Positions 11,050 through 23,000 of a DNA stretch of 64,000 nucleotides are shown here, one piece after another; position 1 is the first letter of the stretch; each line of letters begins with the position of its first letter. The position numbers and the translations under genes are program-made. The stretch spans positions 396,902 through 460,901 of the forward strand of contig CALSTM010000001.1 in NCBI GenBank assembly GCA_943789275.1. The letters run 5' to 3'. This DNA is from Candidatus Poseidoniaceae archaeon. GTDB taxonomy: Archaea; Thermoplasmatota; Poseidoniia; Poseidoniales; Poseidoniaceae. The notes under the pieces are model-generated. The model was not told the DNA's origin. It was given only the letters and a program-made list of their open reading frames with translations, and made no database searches.

Positions 11050-11117
11050 TACTTTCACCCGATAATGGCGTGTGGGTCATGTGAAACTTCGACGACCTTA
11101 CGCGCTAAATCCACGGC

Positions 11118-12440
11118 ATGCGTCTTTCATTTCGGACATCTCACCGAGCCAAAAACCCCTTTGCACAGCCACTTGAAGAACTCCCAGTAGAATTCCGTCC
11201 GAAGGAAAAGTTAGTGTTCTTAACGCCTACTCTCGAAGTTTTGTTCTGTGAGGAATACATCAACTTCAAGCACTGTGGGCAACGTTCTCTGTGTGTGTCA
11301 GGTGAACAGATACCAACGGGTGATACAACCCAGGAGCCTCGAGAGAGGATTTTAGTTCATTGTGACCTTGATGCTTTTTTTGCAGCAGTCGAAATTTTGC
11401 ATCATTCTTTGGACCCTGCAAGACCACTTATCATCGGTTCTGACCCTCAAGCAGGTCGTGGTCGAGGAATTGTTTCGACATGCAATTATGCAGCCAGAGC
11501 TTTTGGTATTCATTCAGCCATGCCGATTAGCGAGGCTTGGCGTCGTTGCCCGGGTCATCCGTTTGGTCCTGGCCACTACATTCGTGGCAGTCGTGGGCTT
11601 TACAGCCGTGCCTCAAGACGAGTCATGGAAATTTTACAAGAACCAGCAGAGTTTTTTGAGAAAGCAAGCATAGATGAAGCGTATTTGGATGTCACCAAGG
11701 CCGTTGACGGCGATTGGGATACAGCATTTGCCTTGTGCCGCACACTGCAAGAGACGATTGAAGATAAAGTTGGATTAACGGCTTCCTTTGGCATTGCACC
11801 AACTCGAATTCTTGCGAAGATGTCGAGTGAAGTCAACAAACCAAAAGGAATTTTCCGAATACTTCCGGATGAAATTGGTGAATTTTTTGATGGGCGTTCC
11901 TTGCGTGAAGTGCCAGGGATTGGCCCAAAGAGGGCTACACAATTGGCAGAATGGGGGCTTGTGACGGTTGACGAAGCCTATGTGTTCGGAGAATTGGCAC
12001 TCGGGCGGATGGCCGGTGAGCGTTTTGCTTCATGGCTCACGCGTGTAGTGGATGGTACAACCAGTTCTGAAGTGAGTCCGTTACGGAGTCGTAAATCCGT
12101 TGGTAAGGAGCGTACTTTTTCATCGGATCAAACCGACCATGAAGCAGTTCTCGATGTGTTGCGTTCCCTCACTCAAGGCGTATTGGCCCGTTCACGTGAA
12201 ATGGGCGTTTCTGGACGTTTAGCGGAAGTGAAGATTCGCTATACGGGTTTCGAAACACATACACATGGTCGTTCGATACCTGTTGCTATGGATGAGCCAG
12301 AAGTTTTCCTGCGTTTGGCAGAACATCTTTTTGCAACCAATGTCCAACACAACCGGGGTTTGCGTTTGGTAGGTTTCCGGCTTGGACAACTCGATATGCC
12401 GCCGACTCGGCAAGCCATTCTCAAGTGGGAAGAAGAGTAA
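11118..12440 (+). CDS. dinB: Y-family DNA polymerase IV (DinB/Dpo4-like)
   Basis: ILVHCDLDAFFAAVE catalytic DxD start, SIDEAYLDVT, GIGP...A little-finger region. The N-terminal approx. 75 aa before the catalytic core may be over-extended. Confidence 0.8.
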   Translation: MRLSFRTSHRAKNPFAQPLEELPVEFRPKEKLVFLTPTLEVLFCEEYINFKHCGQRSLCVSGEQIPTGDTTQEPRERILVHCDLDAFFAAVEILHHSLDPARPLIIGSDPQAGRGRGIVSTCNYAARAFGIHSAMPISEAWRRCPGHPFGPGHYIRGSRGLYSRASRRVMEILQEPAEFFEKASIDEAYLDVTKAVDGDWDTAFALCRTLQETIEDKVGLTASFGIAPTRILAKMSSEVNKPKGIFRILPDEIGEFFDGRSLREVPGIGPKRATQLAEWGLVTVDEAYVFGELALGRMAGERFASWLTRVVDGTTSSEVSPLRSRKSVGKERTFSSDQTDHEAVLDVLRSLTQGVLARSREMGVSGRLAEVKIRYTGFETHTHGRSIPVAMDEPEVFLRLAEHLFATNVQHNRGLRLVGFRLGQLDMPPTRQAILKWEEE

Positions 12441-14933
12441 TCATTCCAAGTGGTGCATCCGTGTGAGAATCGCAGTGAACTCTGCCAGTCCCTCCGGAAT
12501 TTCAAGCCCAGCAATCGGTTGATTGAGAGAAATCCCTTGCTCTTTCTTTGTATTCCATGTGTCGCCATTGAACGCCTGTAACAGTGTTGAGATCTTTCGA
12601 AGATGGTCACCATCTTCGGTTCCGAGTGCCACAGAAGCGTCTGCAGTTTGTGGGAATGCATCAATGTCGACAGCAGAACGATTGTACAGTGTTTCGGAGA
12701 TGTGGTGTGTGAAAAAGGGACAAACTGGGGTGAATGCAGACATGAAGTCACGAACAATGCGGTGCAGTGTCCAAGCAGCAGCCTTGTCTTCATCGTACAG
12801 TCTTGATTTGACCATCTCCAAATAATGGCTTGGCAATACTCCAGTACCGAACGTTTTCAGCGCTTGAGTGGCGGTGTAGATGTCGAGGTTTTCCCATGAC
12901 GTACGTACTGTGTCCATCGTCGCATCGAATTCAGCCAGAATCCATCGGTCTTCGACGTCGAGGTTGCCAGGGTTTGTCTCCAAGTCCGCAGGTATTTCAA
13001 ATTGAGATGCGAAACGAGCAACGTTGAACAATTTGGTCAAAACACCAAAGTACTTCTTTTCGATTTCTTCTGGGTTGATGTGGAAATCGTCACCGACTTG
13101 AGCATCGCATGCCTTCCAAAGACGGAAGCATTCGCTGCCAATTTTGTTGGCACGAAGACTCACAGTCTTATCGGGTCCCTTCACTTTCCAAGAGCCAGTT
13201 CGTCCACCAGCACCGCATTCAAGAACGGAGTCAGCATCGATACCGTTTCCAAGTGACTTACTCATTTTGCGTCCCCAAGGGTCCATGCCAAGCCCATCAA
13301 TCCAGACGTGCTTGAATCCTGGTTTGTCCAACAAGAGATTGGATTTGAGGAGGGTGTAGTAGAGCCAAGTTCGAACAATTTCTTTGCCCTGTGGCCGCAA
13401 AGCGGTAGGGAATGCTCGTTCAAACACTTCAGGATGGTTGAGGTAGCCACTCACAAACAGGTTTGAGTTTGATGAATCCATCCACGTGTCGAATACCTTT
13501 TCTTCACCAACAAGTGTGCCAAGTTCGCTTTCCATGCTCTCAAAGGAACCAAGAACTTCACGTGTTGCCCGGCCGAGAACTTGGCTGCCTTGAGGCGGAC
13601 CTTCGCGCCATGGTTGGACATAGGTGCCGCTTGGCGGGACAATAATTTTCTCACCGTCTTCACTGTACCAAATCGGTATCTCTGTATGGTACCATCTGCG
13701 TCGAGATATGGGCCAGTCAATACTGATGTTATCCATCCAATCAAGGAGGAACTGTTTGTTCCTCGGTGGGTGGAATTCAATCTCTTCAAGATGTTCACGG
13801 ATACGGTCTTGGGCATGGGTTTGACGCACATACCATTCTTTCAGTAGAATAATTTCGACCGGGTTTTTTCCACGTTCAGATACTGGAATTTCTTGGTCTC
13901 GCTCGACAACATTTACCAGTTTACCATGTTCTTCAAGGTAGTCGATTGCAGCGTTGCGTGCATCCATCACTTTCATGCCGGAAAACGGTCCGGCAATGTC
14001 GGTCAATTTACCGTCTAAGTCGATGGCTTGGAATGGAGTGAGACCGAGCTCACGGAACACAGCCACGTCATTTTGGTCGCCAAAGGAACAGACCATCAAA
14101 ACACCTGAACCGAAGTCAGATTTGACGGAATTATGGGTCATCACTTTGACCGATGTTGAGCGTCCTTCAACCGGTAGCGGCAGTTGGATTGTCTTTCCAA
14201 CCAAATGGGTGTATCGCTCATCATCTGGGTGAACAGCAACGACGCCACATGCACATATCAATTCTGGACGGGTTGTCGATATGACGATTTCAGTTCCGTC
14301 GTCGCAGGTCCAAGTGATGTCAACAAGGCGAGTTTTACGTGAAAGGCGTTCGACTTCCGCATCAGCAATGGTCGTCCCTTCAACCGGGTCGTAGATATTC
14401 GGGCGTAGATCTTCAATAATGGCACCGCTTTTGAACAATTCAATGAAGATTGATTGTGTGACGGTTCTGTATTCTGGTGAATCCGTTAGATACTCACGGT
14501 CATAGTCACAGGAAAGCCCAACACGCTTTGCAGTCATCCTCATTGCTTGTGTGAATGTTTCAATGGTTTCTCGGCACATGTCAATAAATTCGGCACGGTC
14601 GTACGTCTTCATCTTACGCTTTGTGTTCTTCTCCACAGTGAATTCGATGTTGATTCCATTCCGGTCTACACCCCATGGAAAAAAGACTTCCTTCCCCAAA
14701 AGACGCTGTGAACGAGCAATGACGTCAATCATTGAGTATTGTGCGACTGCGCCGATATGCCATGTTCCCGAGGGGTAGGGTGGAGGGGTATCGATAACGA
14801 AAAGTTCCTTGCCACTGTCAGGTTTGAACGCATATCTCTGTGCGTAGACCTGGGAATCTACCGAATGGGCTTCTTGAATGCGCTTTTCAAGGTCGATTGA
14901 CCATCGTTTATCGTTTAATATTGGGGCTGGCAT
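12441..14933 (-). CDS. valS: valine--tRNA ligase
   Basis: Class I aaRS. PPPYPSGTWHIGA (HIGH-region variant), WPISRRRWYHTEIPIW (WCISRQ-like), KMSKSLGNGID. Start placed at MPAPILN (14933), leaving a 138-bp divergent intergenic region to the next gene. Confidence 0.8.
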   Translation of the reverse strand: MPAPILNDKRWSIDLEKRIQEAHSVDSQVYAQRYAFKPDSGKELFVIDTPPPYPSGTWHIGAVAQYSMIDVIARSQRLLGKEVFFPWGVDRNGINIEFTVEKNTKRKMKTYDRAEFIDMCRETIETFTQAMRMTAKRVGLSCDYDREYLTDSPEYRTVTQSIFIELFKSGAIIEDLRPNIYDPVEGTTIADAEVERLSRKTRLVDITWTCDDGTEIVISTTRPELICACGVVAVHPDDERYTHLVGKTIQLPLPVEGRSTSVKVMTHNSVKSDFGSGVLMVCSFGDQNDVAVFRELGLTPFQAIDLDGKLTDIAGPFSGMKVMDARNAAIDYLEEHGKLVNVVERDQEIPVSERGKNPVEIILLKEWYVRQTHAQDRIREHLEEIEFHPPRNKQFLLDWMDNISIDWPISRRRWYHTEIPIWYSEDGEKIIVPPSGTYVQPWREGPPQGSQVLGRATREVLGSFESMESELGTLVGEEKVFDTWMDSSNSNLFVSGYLNHPEVFERAFPTALRPQGKEIVRTWLYYTLLKSNLLLDKPGFKHVWIDGLGMDPWGRKMSKSLGNGIDADSVLECGAGGRTGSWKVKGPDKTVSLRANKIGSECFRLWKACDAQVGDDFHINPEEIEKKYFGVLTKLFNVARFASQFEIPADLETNPGNLDVEDRWILAEFDATMDTVRTSWENLDIYTATQALKTFGTGVLPSHYLEMVKSRLYDEDKAAAWTLHRIVRDFMSAFTPVCPFFTHHISETLYNRSAVDIDAFPQTADASVALGTEDGDHLRKISTLLQAFNGDTWNTKKEQGISLNQPIAGLEIPEGLAEFTAILTRMHHLE

Positions 14934-15071
14934 GTGCCTCACCTGGCCCCACACACATGAACGATGCGGGTCCAAACAGCGGTGTGACGATTCACCTTTG
15001 AAACCAACGCATGGAGTGTGAAGTAGAACTCCGTAATTCACGAGTATCGGGAACATTTCAGCGGTAGACAT

Positions 15072-18000
15072 TTGAAGCCCCGCAACTCACCGTGTATTAG
15101 AGGGGTGGAGATGTCGCAAGAGGGTCCATCACAAAACTCTTCCAATTCGAACGCAGGTCGCGATCAGAGTTCGAATGGGCTATCGAGTGCTGGCTCTCGA
15201 ATCAAGGAGATTCAAGCCTCCGGCTCCAAACGCCTCCAATCGGGTGCTGTCGACCTCACAGCTCGGGTTAAAGACTTCAACACAAAAGACGCTATTGATG
15301 CAGTTCTTGATGCTCCAGTACGCCTAAGAAGGGAATGGCAGAAGCACGGTGCCATAGGTGCAATAACTCGTTTCCCTCTTGCCACAGTGGTTCTTTTCTT
15401 ATTGATGACGCTCTTTTTTGTGAGCCACTCCGGTTTCTATGACCGCTACCTGACTCAATTCGATGACGACCCGAATGAAACCGACCTTAACGTCAATGGT
15501 GACCTCGAAGTGTATCTTCCAGATGGGAGCAACGTCGGGAAACTCCTGAAGCTCGTTGAAGAAGATTGGTCAACCAATGTTATGGTAGTTTACATCGAAC
15601 TCGGGGATGGCCGCAACATTACGGACCAACGTATCCTCCAAGAGATTAGTTTCATTGAAAATCAGTTGAACCCTTGCATTTCGTCGTTTGAGTGCACTGC
15701 TAACGGTGTCGCAGAAAGCGATGATGTGATCTATATTCTCTCGCTTTCTACTGTTTTGAAAGAAGTGAATTCAAGTGCTCCGCGAATACGCGAGGCATTC
15801 GTCACTGAATTGGGGCAGTTAGGCTGTAGCCTTGGACAAGACGACTGTCTCTCAGCGAATGCAGCATCTGAACTCAACGACGCACTCGCTCTCACGGACG
15901 ATCAGTTTGGTGGCGGTTATGATATTCCTTCTCAAACTACCATTAATCTCGTCATTGCTGAGATGTATGAGGACAATGGAGATGCAACACCGGGACTTGA
16001 CAAACTGGCCCGTGACATTTCTGGCGGGGCAGATGGTGGACCAGATGGCGTATTGGACCGCGCCATCATGGCAGTTGCAGTCACTGACGAAGTTTCATCG
16101 AAGGAAGTTATTCGCAGCACAACAGAAAATATCACTCGTATCTCGACACTCGAGCGTCCGTGTTTGTTTGAAGCAGATGGCAGTCCAGACTCGTCAGAAG
16201 GTACATGCATCTGGAATGCCGACGAATTGACAGAGGAGCAAAAAGAGCGAGGGGTGAAAACTCTCGATCTCAAAATGACACTCACAGGCCCGGTACCAAT
16301 CACGAATGCGGTTACAGAGCGAACTTTCGACATGTTCTGGGATATTTTCCCACTCGCCGTTGTATGGGTTGCACTGGGTCTGTTCGTGTTCCACTGTGAC
16401 ATTTTGCAAACCGGTCTCACAGGTTTCCGCCCACTGCAGGGCTTGAAAGTCGTTACTATTGCCGGTCTTCCAACTCTGTGTGCAGTGTTTTGGACGCTTG
16501 GAATTATTGGTTGGTCAAATTACGAAGTAACGATGACGGTGATTATTGTCGGGCCTATTTTACTGGCGCTCGGCGTATCCTATGGACTGCACATCACCAA
16601 CCGCTACGCCGAAGAAGACGGAACGAAAGCAGAAAAAATGCGTGGAGCGTTGTCATCGACCGGGAAAGCCGTATTCTTATCAGCAGTAACGACAATCATT
16701 GGATTCGTATCGCTCGTCTTTACGCCAATGGCACCAATTCAAACCGTTGGAATTGCTCTTTCAGGTGGGATTGTTGTTGTTTATATTCTCACGATGTTCA
16801 TGGTTCCAAACTTAACACTCCTTCTCGATTTACGTAAACCAAAGCATCCTCCATTGAAGCCTTTCCAACTCTTGGTCGAAGTCCCGGTTAAGTACAATCG
16901 TGGAGTTATTGGAGTCTTCCTCTTCTTGATTATCATCTCTGCAACATACGGGCAAGCAAATGTTGAAGAAAACATTGACATGTTGAAAATGGCACCGTAC
17001 GACGAGCCATCTGTTTCTGCAATGAAGAACTTTAGCAATGAATTCAATTCCGGGCAACTCGGAATGGTTTTGATTCAAGCGAACTTAACTGGCGATACCT
17101 CAATCGAGGTATCTCAACAAGATCCTGCGGAAAATTTACGTCAGATCGATACATTGGAGGGCTTGCTGAACGATGTGGACGATACAACCGCTGTGTCGAT
17201 TGTTTTCCTTATGAAATCATCCGGAATTGCGCCAACGATAGAATGTGTGGGATGCAGCGAATTTGTCCAATCTTTACCGCTCTTAAGCCAGGATGTGAAG
17301 GACACAGCAAGTATACTTCTCGACAGTTCAGTGACCCAAGACGCCTCGTTTTGGGATTTACTTACATCACCTGACGCATACGGTTTGCCTGCATCGCGGC
17401 AAAGTGAAGTGTTTCTTTTGAACGTATTTTACTCTTCAATCACCGATGAAACGCGTGAGATTTTCATCAGCGAAGACTTTGACCGAAGTTTGATTTTGGT
17501 CGACATGCCGTATCTTCCTGTTGCAGATACTTCATCAAACGTGGAGATCATTAACAGCCATGCGAACACGTTTACTGGTACCGAGCCGGGTAATTATGCA
17601 ACGGAATTGACCGGTGTGGCGCCAACCACCATCGAAGTCAACAAACTCATTGTTGGCTCCCAATGGACATCACTCGGTTTTGCAGTCATTCTAACCCTCA
17701 TCACCCTCGCCATCGTGTTCAAGGACATCAGATATTCGATTTGGACAACTTCTCCGGTCATCGCAACAGTGGCATTACAGTGGCTGGTCATGTGGAGAAT
17801 GGGTGTCGACCTTTCCCTGGTCACCGTCATGATCGGTTCCATTCTGGTCGGTGTCGGGGTCGACTTTTCCATACACATATCCAACCGCATACGAGAGCTG
17901 GGGGGAGGCATTGAAGCAATTCGAAGTGCTGCAATCGGCACGGGGATGTCGTTGCTTGAAGCCGCTGTGGTCACGACCCTTGGAATGATTACTGCGTACG

Positions 18001-18239
18001 GTATTCCAATCGAGGCAATACGACCGTTCATTACCGTCATCTTGATTCTGTTATGGGTTGCTGCTGCAAGTGCATTGATTTTGTTACCCGCCATATTTGT
18101 GACCCTTGAGAAAGCAGGCCTGGGCGCTGTTGGAGGGCGTACCTCTATGGCGAAGCGATTGGGTCTTGGCAAAACGAAGGTTCTGGATGTCGATGTTCTC
18201 GATGCTGCCCTTGCCGATGATGTCGTCGATGCTTGGTGA
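15072..18239 (+). CDS. RND-superfamily exporter (MMPL/SecDF-like), 12-TM with two large extracytoplasmic domains
   Basis: 1055 aa. Two blocks of about 6 TM helices, each preceded by a large soluble domain. Gly-rich transmembrane repeats typical of RND/MMPL proteins. Confidence 0.6.
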   Translation: MKPRNSPCIRGVEMSQEGPSQNSSNSNAGRDQSSNGLSSAGSRIKEIQASGSKRLQSGAVDLTARVKDFNTKDAIDAVLDAPVRLRREWQKHGAIGAITRFPLATVVLFLLMTLFFVSHSGFYDRYLTQFDDDPNETDLNVNGDLEVYLPDGSNVGKLLKLVEEDWSTNVMVVYIELGDGRNITDQRILQEISFIENQLNPCISSFECTANGVAESDDVIYILSLSTVLKEVNSSAPRIREAFVTELGQLGCSLGQDDCLSANAASELNDALALTDDQFGGGYDIPSQTTINLVIAEMYEDNGDATPGLDKLARDISGGADGGPDGVLDRAIMAVAVTDEVSSKEVIRSTTENITRISTLERPCLFEADGSPDSSEGTCIWNADELTEEQKERGVKTLDLKMTLTGPVPITNAVTERTFDMFWDIFPLAVVWVALGLFVFHCDILQTGLTGFRPLQGLKVVTIAGLPTLCAVFWTLGIIGWSNYEVTMTVIIVGPILLALGVSYGLHITNRYAEEDGTKAEKMRGALSSTGKAVFLSAVTTIIGFVSLVFTPMAPIQTVGIALSGGIVVVYILTMFMVPNLTLLLDLRKPKHPPLKPFQLLVEVPVKYNRGVIGVFLFLIIISATYGQANVEENIDMLKMAPYDEPSVSAMKNFSNEFNSGQLGMVLIQANLTGDTSIEVSQQDPAENLRQIDTLEGLLNDVDDTTAVSIVFLMKSSGIAPTIECVGCSEFVQSLPLLSQDVKDTASILLDSSVTQDASFWDLLTSPDAYGLPASRQSEVFLLNVFYSSITDETREIFISEDFDRSLILVDMPYLPVADTSSNVEIINSHANTFTGTEPGNYATELTGVAPTTIEVNKLIVGSQWTSLGFAVILTLITLAIVFKDIRYSIWTTSPVIATVALQWLVMWRMGVDLSLVTVMIGSILVGVGVDFSIHISNRIRELGGGIEAIRSAAIGTGMSLLEAAVVTTLGMITAYGIPIEAIRPFITVILILLWVAAASALILLPAIFVTLEKAGLGAVGGRTSMAKRLGLGKTKVLDVDVLDAALADDVVDAW

Positions 18240-18276
18240 GCAACAATACAAAGAGTCTCCACCGCTTGGGATTACC

Positions 18277-18771
18277 ATGGTCAACTACTGGTTGATGAAA
18301 TCGGAACCTCATGTCTACCCGTTTGAACAGCTTGTAGCCGATGGCTCGACACACTGGGATGGGGTTCGAAACTATCAGGCTAGAAACATGATGAGGGATG
18401 ACATGAAAAAAGGCGATTATGTCTTGTTTTACCATTCAAACTTCAAACCACCCCACATCGTTGGAATTGCTCGTGTTAGCCGTGAGGGATATCCAGACCA
18501 TACGGCTCAAGATTCGACCTCGAACTATTTCGACCCGAAAGCAAGTCCTGAAAACCCTCGCTGGATGATGGTTGACATTGAGGCAGTTGTCGCTTTGCCC
18601 AGTATTGTACCCCTTGAGGATGTTCGTAACAACCCTTCGTGTGAAAACATGCTTCTTGTCCGAAAAGGGCAACGTCTGTCGGTTCAACCCGTTGCTGAAG
18701 TGGATTTTGATGAAGTACTTCGCATGGGCGGATATTCTCGAGAACAGTTGAATGAAATTGAATTCAGGTGA
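18277..18771 (+). CDS. EVE (PUA-like) domain protein
   Basis: WLMKSEPHVYPFEQLVADGSTHWDGVRNYQARNMMRDDMKKGDYVLFYHSN is a canonical EVE-domain N-terminus. Start at the internal ATG at 18277 removes the overlap with the transporter. Confidence 0.75.
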   Translation: MVNYWLMKSEPHVYPFEQLVADGSTHWDGVRNYQARNMMRDDMKKGDYVLFYHSNFKPPHIVGIARVSREGYPDHTAQDSTSNYFDPKASPENPRWMMVDIEAVVALPSIVPLEDVRNNPSCENMLLVRKGQRLSVQPVAEVDFDEVLRMGGYSREQLNEIEFR

Positions 18772-18778
18772 CGATCGT

Positions 18779-19996
18779 ATGGCAGATGATCAATTTCCAG
18801 TGGCTCCTCGAGCATCGAATATTGAGTATGCAATACGAGATGTTGTTGTTCCAGCACTTGCTCTTGAAGAGCAAGGCCACGATATACTCAAATTGAACAT
18901 TGGCGATCCAATCGCATATCCGGGGCTACCCACACCACAACACATGGTTGATGCTTATGTCAAAGCCCTTCAAGACGGTAAAAACGGTTATTCACATTCG
19001 TACGGAATCCACGAACTTCGAACAGCCATAGCGCTTGATGAAAACAGGAAGGGTTGGAATGCCCAACCCTCGGATGTTTATGTCTGTCACGGGGTAACTG
19101 AGGCACTTCAGATTCTCTTTGCATCTGTTTTGACTGAAGGCGACAAGGTGCTCGCCCCTGGCCCTCATTATCCGCCGTACATGGCCTATCCGCAGATGTA
19201 CGGTGCACAGACCATCGAATACAAGTTGCAACCCGATAACGGATGGAAAATTGATTTGTCCGATATCGAGTCAAAAATGGATTCCTCTGTTCGTCTTTTA
19301 GTCCTCATCAATCCGAACAATCCTTGCGGAAGCGTAGCCGGTCAAGAGGAAATTGAGAAACTTCTCGACATCGCTCGAAAATGGCCGAATTGTATGATTG
19401 TCGCCGACGAAATCTACGATGGACTTGATTTCACAGGTCTGCAAAAGAGTGTGGCGAGTCTCTCAGATGATGTCCCCGTTATTTCTCTCAACGGCGTTTC
19501 AAAGGTTTATTACGCCCCAGGATGGAGAATTGGCTATCTCGCTGTACATGATCCGACGAAGCGATTATTGAAGGTCCGAGACGGTATTGAGCGAATGCTA
19601 CGCTCTCGACTTTGCGCCTCAACCCCAGCGCAACTTGGATACCTTGCTGGACTGGAATCAGACCGGACGTGGATGAAGGCGTACGCAGAAAAAGTGGTAC
19701 AACAACGCGATGTTTGTGTTGAACGCATCTCTCAAATTGAAGGTCTTGAAGTCCAATCGTCGGGTGGTGCATTCTATATGTTCGTTCGACTTTTAGATGA
19801 GAAATGGGCAAACGATGACAAACAATTTGTATTGGATTTACTTCATGAGGAACACGTTTTGGTCGTTCATGGCAGTGGTTTTTCCCCAGAACTTGGTAAA
19901 GGACACTTCCGAATTGTGTATCTGCCTGATTCGGAGGTATTGAACGAAGCATTCAACCGAATTGAGTCGTTTTTGAAACGACATCGTGTTTCTTAA
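18779..19996 (+). CDS. PLP-dependent aminotransferase, class I/II (AspC/AlaT-like)
   Basis: Fold-type-I aminotransferase pattern. LVLINPNNPCGSV, SLNGVSKVYYAPGWRIGYL (PLP-lysine region SK) and C-terminal R for substrate carboxylate. Confidence 0.75.
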   Translation: MADDQFPVAPRASNIEYAIRDVVVPALALEEQGHDILKLNIGDPIAYPGLPTPQHMVDAYVKALQDGKNGYSHSYGIHELRTAIALDENRKGWNAQPSDVYVCHGVTEALQILFASVLTEGDKVLAPGPHYPPYMAYPQMYGAQTIEYKLQPDNGWKIDLSDIESKMDSSVRLLVLINPNNPCGSVAGQEEIEKLLDIARKWPNCMIVADEIYDGLDFTGLQKSVASLSDDVPVISLNGVSKVYYAPGWRIGYLAVHDPTKRLLKVRDGIERMLRSRLCASTPAQLGYLAGLESDRTWMKAYAEKVVQQRDVCVERISQIEGLEVQSSGGAFYMFVRLLDEKWANDDKQFVLDLLHEEHVLVVHGSGFSPELGKGHFRIVYLPDSEVLNEAFNRIESFLKRHRVS

Positions 19997-20026
19997 CCGA
20001 CATTTCGGCGATGACTTGATGACTGA

Positions 20027-23000
20027 GTGTTATATCGAAAGCACATGCGCCACAATCGGAAGAGGCTTCACATCCTCATTTGGTCAGCGCTGATAACTTT
20101 TATATTCGCCCAACCAGCCTCTGCTGTTCAAATTGCTGAGGCTTCTGATTTCCAGATCGAATATTATTATCCGGTTTTCATTGCCTTTGCCATTGCAGTT
20201 CCAGTATGGCGGTGGTTTATCCCGACACAATTAGCGAATTTGCAAGTTGCCTTTGAGATTGATGATGACCTGTATGAAGTTCACAAAATCACGGGTAACA
20301 TTTCGGAAGCCAGAGAACTTCTTGGAAATGTAAAATACGGAATTGGCCTCTACATGATGGGCATGACAGGAATACTGATTCTTATTGCTGAATTGTTACT
20401 GCAAGCTGAAGTTTACTTTAAGCCAAATCTCGCAATAGCAGGCGTACTGATTCTCGTACCGGTACTCATCTCTCCGTGGGAAACGTTGAACACACAATTG
20501 CGCATATTCAAAACAAACGCCAAAAAAGCAGGTTTAGTGACAAGCCTACTTCGTCGGCTTACGACACTGCTCATTCTCATCGGTGTTACATTTGCTACAT
20601 TACTTTACGGAATTCAGTTGAGCTCCGATAACACACTGTCACCGGTTTGGTTAGCAGCAGGAATGCTGACGTTCATGTCTCCAACGATTATGGCTTATGG
20701 GCGCATCATGGGTGCTTCTTGGAACATGCTGATCATCAATAAATGGCGCACTGCAAACGGTAGGCCAAATCCAATTGATCCTTCAAAGCCTCGTTTCCTT
20801 AACCGTTTATTTTCGTTGGTTCTTGTCCTTTTCCTCCTCACCATGCCAGTCACTGCTTTGAACGGTATTGTCACCGTGTTCTACGTCCTCTTCAATGACC
20901 CAGTCAACGCTACAGAGGTATTGAACTACGGAGGTATTATTGGTCATTCACTTTACACTCGAATCGACATAATTTCGGAATTACTGTTCCAATGGCAATT
21001 TATCAAAGCCCTACCGCAATTTCTTTCGCTCTACCTTTCTCTGAACATCGCCATTGTCGGTCTTGCGTTCATTTTTGAACTTACTCGCAACCTGATTCTT
21101 GGAGGACAATCCTTTGGTGGATTGTTCGGGGTCACGTTGGATTCTCCCCGTGAAATCCGTACTGAAGTCAAAGCACAAAACCGCCAACTGAACTTTGCAT
21201 TTGCTGGATTTTCTGGCTACACTGTGCTGCTATTGGTATTGGTGTGTTACAAAGAATTCGGTGATTTGATGCCATTCACTCCTTGGCTTGAAAACCGAGG
21301 ATTCAACGAAGGAAACAGATTGTTGACCACATGGATGTTCATTGGTTTTGGTCAGGCCATTTTCCTCTTCACTTGGTTACTTTCCATTATTCGTTATTCG
21401 CCTTTGCTTAAGTTGCGATTTGATTTGAATCCTGACGAGCGTAGGGAAGGTGCAGTGAAATTTGCCGGTGGAGACTGGATGCGGGAGTTGGTTGACGAAG
21501 CAGCGATCAAGGAAGACTTAGACAGCCTCATACAATTCCAACGCCGCTCAATTCCGGGCGACCAAGCCCTTGTTCGGCATGAAAAGGCTCGGGCAAAGAT
21601 GTGGGAATTGGCCCTGCGTGGTCTTTGGCCCAAAGCCATCGAAGAAGCAAAGAAAGTTCTTGCTCAAGGCGGTGGAGACGATGACATTGCCCGTATGGTC
21701 ATTGCGACTGGACATATGGCTTCCCGAAGACTCGATGCTGCACGTGAGGCTCTGCATGGATTGCAACAGCCAGAAGGTTACGATGAACCGGAACTCCTTG
21801 CTTTTGTTTGTGAATGGATGGATCCCTGGCAAGGCATGGTAACTGAAGATGACTTTTGGGACTGGGAGAACAATTCCTGCATTGATCATTTACAAGCACT
21901 CATGCGCATGATGCGTGGATGGCAGCCTTCACCGAACGACGATTCAATTCACAATGACCGCCTCACGCGTGTTGCACAACTCTCGATGGTTTCTCTTATG
22001 CGTGCACAGCGTAAGCATGACGATGCTTTGGCGCTTTCTCTCAAGCTTATTCGTGAGGAACCTACAGGCGTCCGACCGCGTATTGCTGCAGCATTGTGTT
22101 TGATTGACAAAGGCGATTGGCACAGTGCCCGCTCAATCCTCACCGAACTCAAGGAAAGTGACGGTCAAGATCCTCGGGTCTTGGCCCTTAGCAGTATATT
22201 AGGTCAAGTCGTTGATGAAGAAGAGATTGAAGTGGCATTAGCCATTGGAAAAGGGAAGAAGATGAAGAAATGGATTAATTCCGCACCAGTAAATTCTGTT
22301 GCTGGCCTCATGGTTAAAGGTGGCATGGATGAAGCCATCAGTGCCAATATCATGGTCGTAGCCCACGAAGCATCTCGGCGTGGTATGCCCCCCATCTATC
22401 GTGACAGCGTTCTATCAACTGTATTCAATTGGCTTGTTCTTCTCCCATGTTGGATTGTTCTCGGAATATTCATCTCCCAAGAAATCGGTCAAGTGCAGGG
22501 TCTTGTGACCGTACTTACGCTCACGATGATTCAATTTGGCGGGCGAAGATTCTCCCGTCAACAGCGTCGTGTCATACGTCATCGAGACCAAAGAGCAATG
22601 CTCGACTATGCAAAGCGAATGAAGCGTTTCAAAGTTTCACCGGAACGCTCGAACATTCCAGTTGGAACGCATCTGCTGCTTTCTGGTATGCTTGTAACGG
22701 TCAATGGAGTGGTATTGGACCTTGGCTTGCCTGGCTGGATGTCCGAACGGTTACCAAAAGATTCGGAGAAGTCTGTTAAAGCTCGTCTGAAGCGACAAGC
22801 GAAATCAATGTCAAAATCTCGCCCGCCTCGATTACAGCCGCTTGGTGAAGGATGGTGGCTCAAACGCCCGAAAGAGGATGGGGCCGATGTTCCAGTTCTC
22901 GAGCGTTTGATTGGCGCTGTTGCTTACCGTGGCCGCCAGCAATACATTCAGAAGAAAACGGGACGCCCGGGTCAACCAGTTTCTTCTCGTCCTGGACAGC

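Noticed and set aside
12239-15071. N-terminal extensions of valS (to 15071) and the 184-aa ORF at 12239..12793
   Set aside because: The extension has no aaRS similarity and would remove the divergent promoter region. The 184-aa ORF is an alternate frame within the dinB/valS junction.
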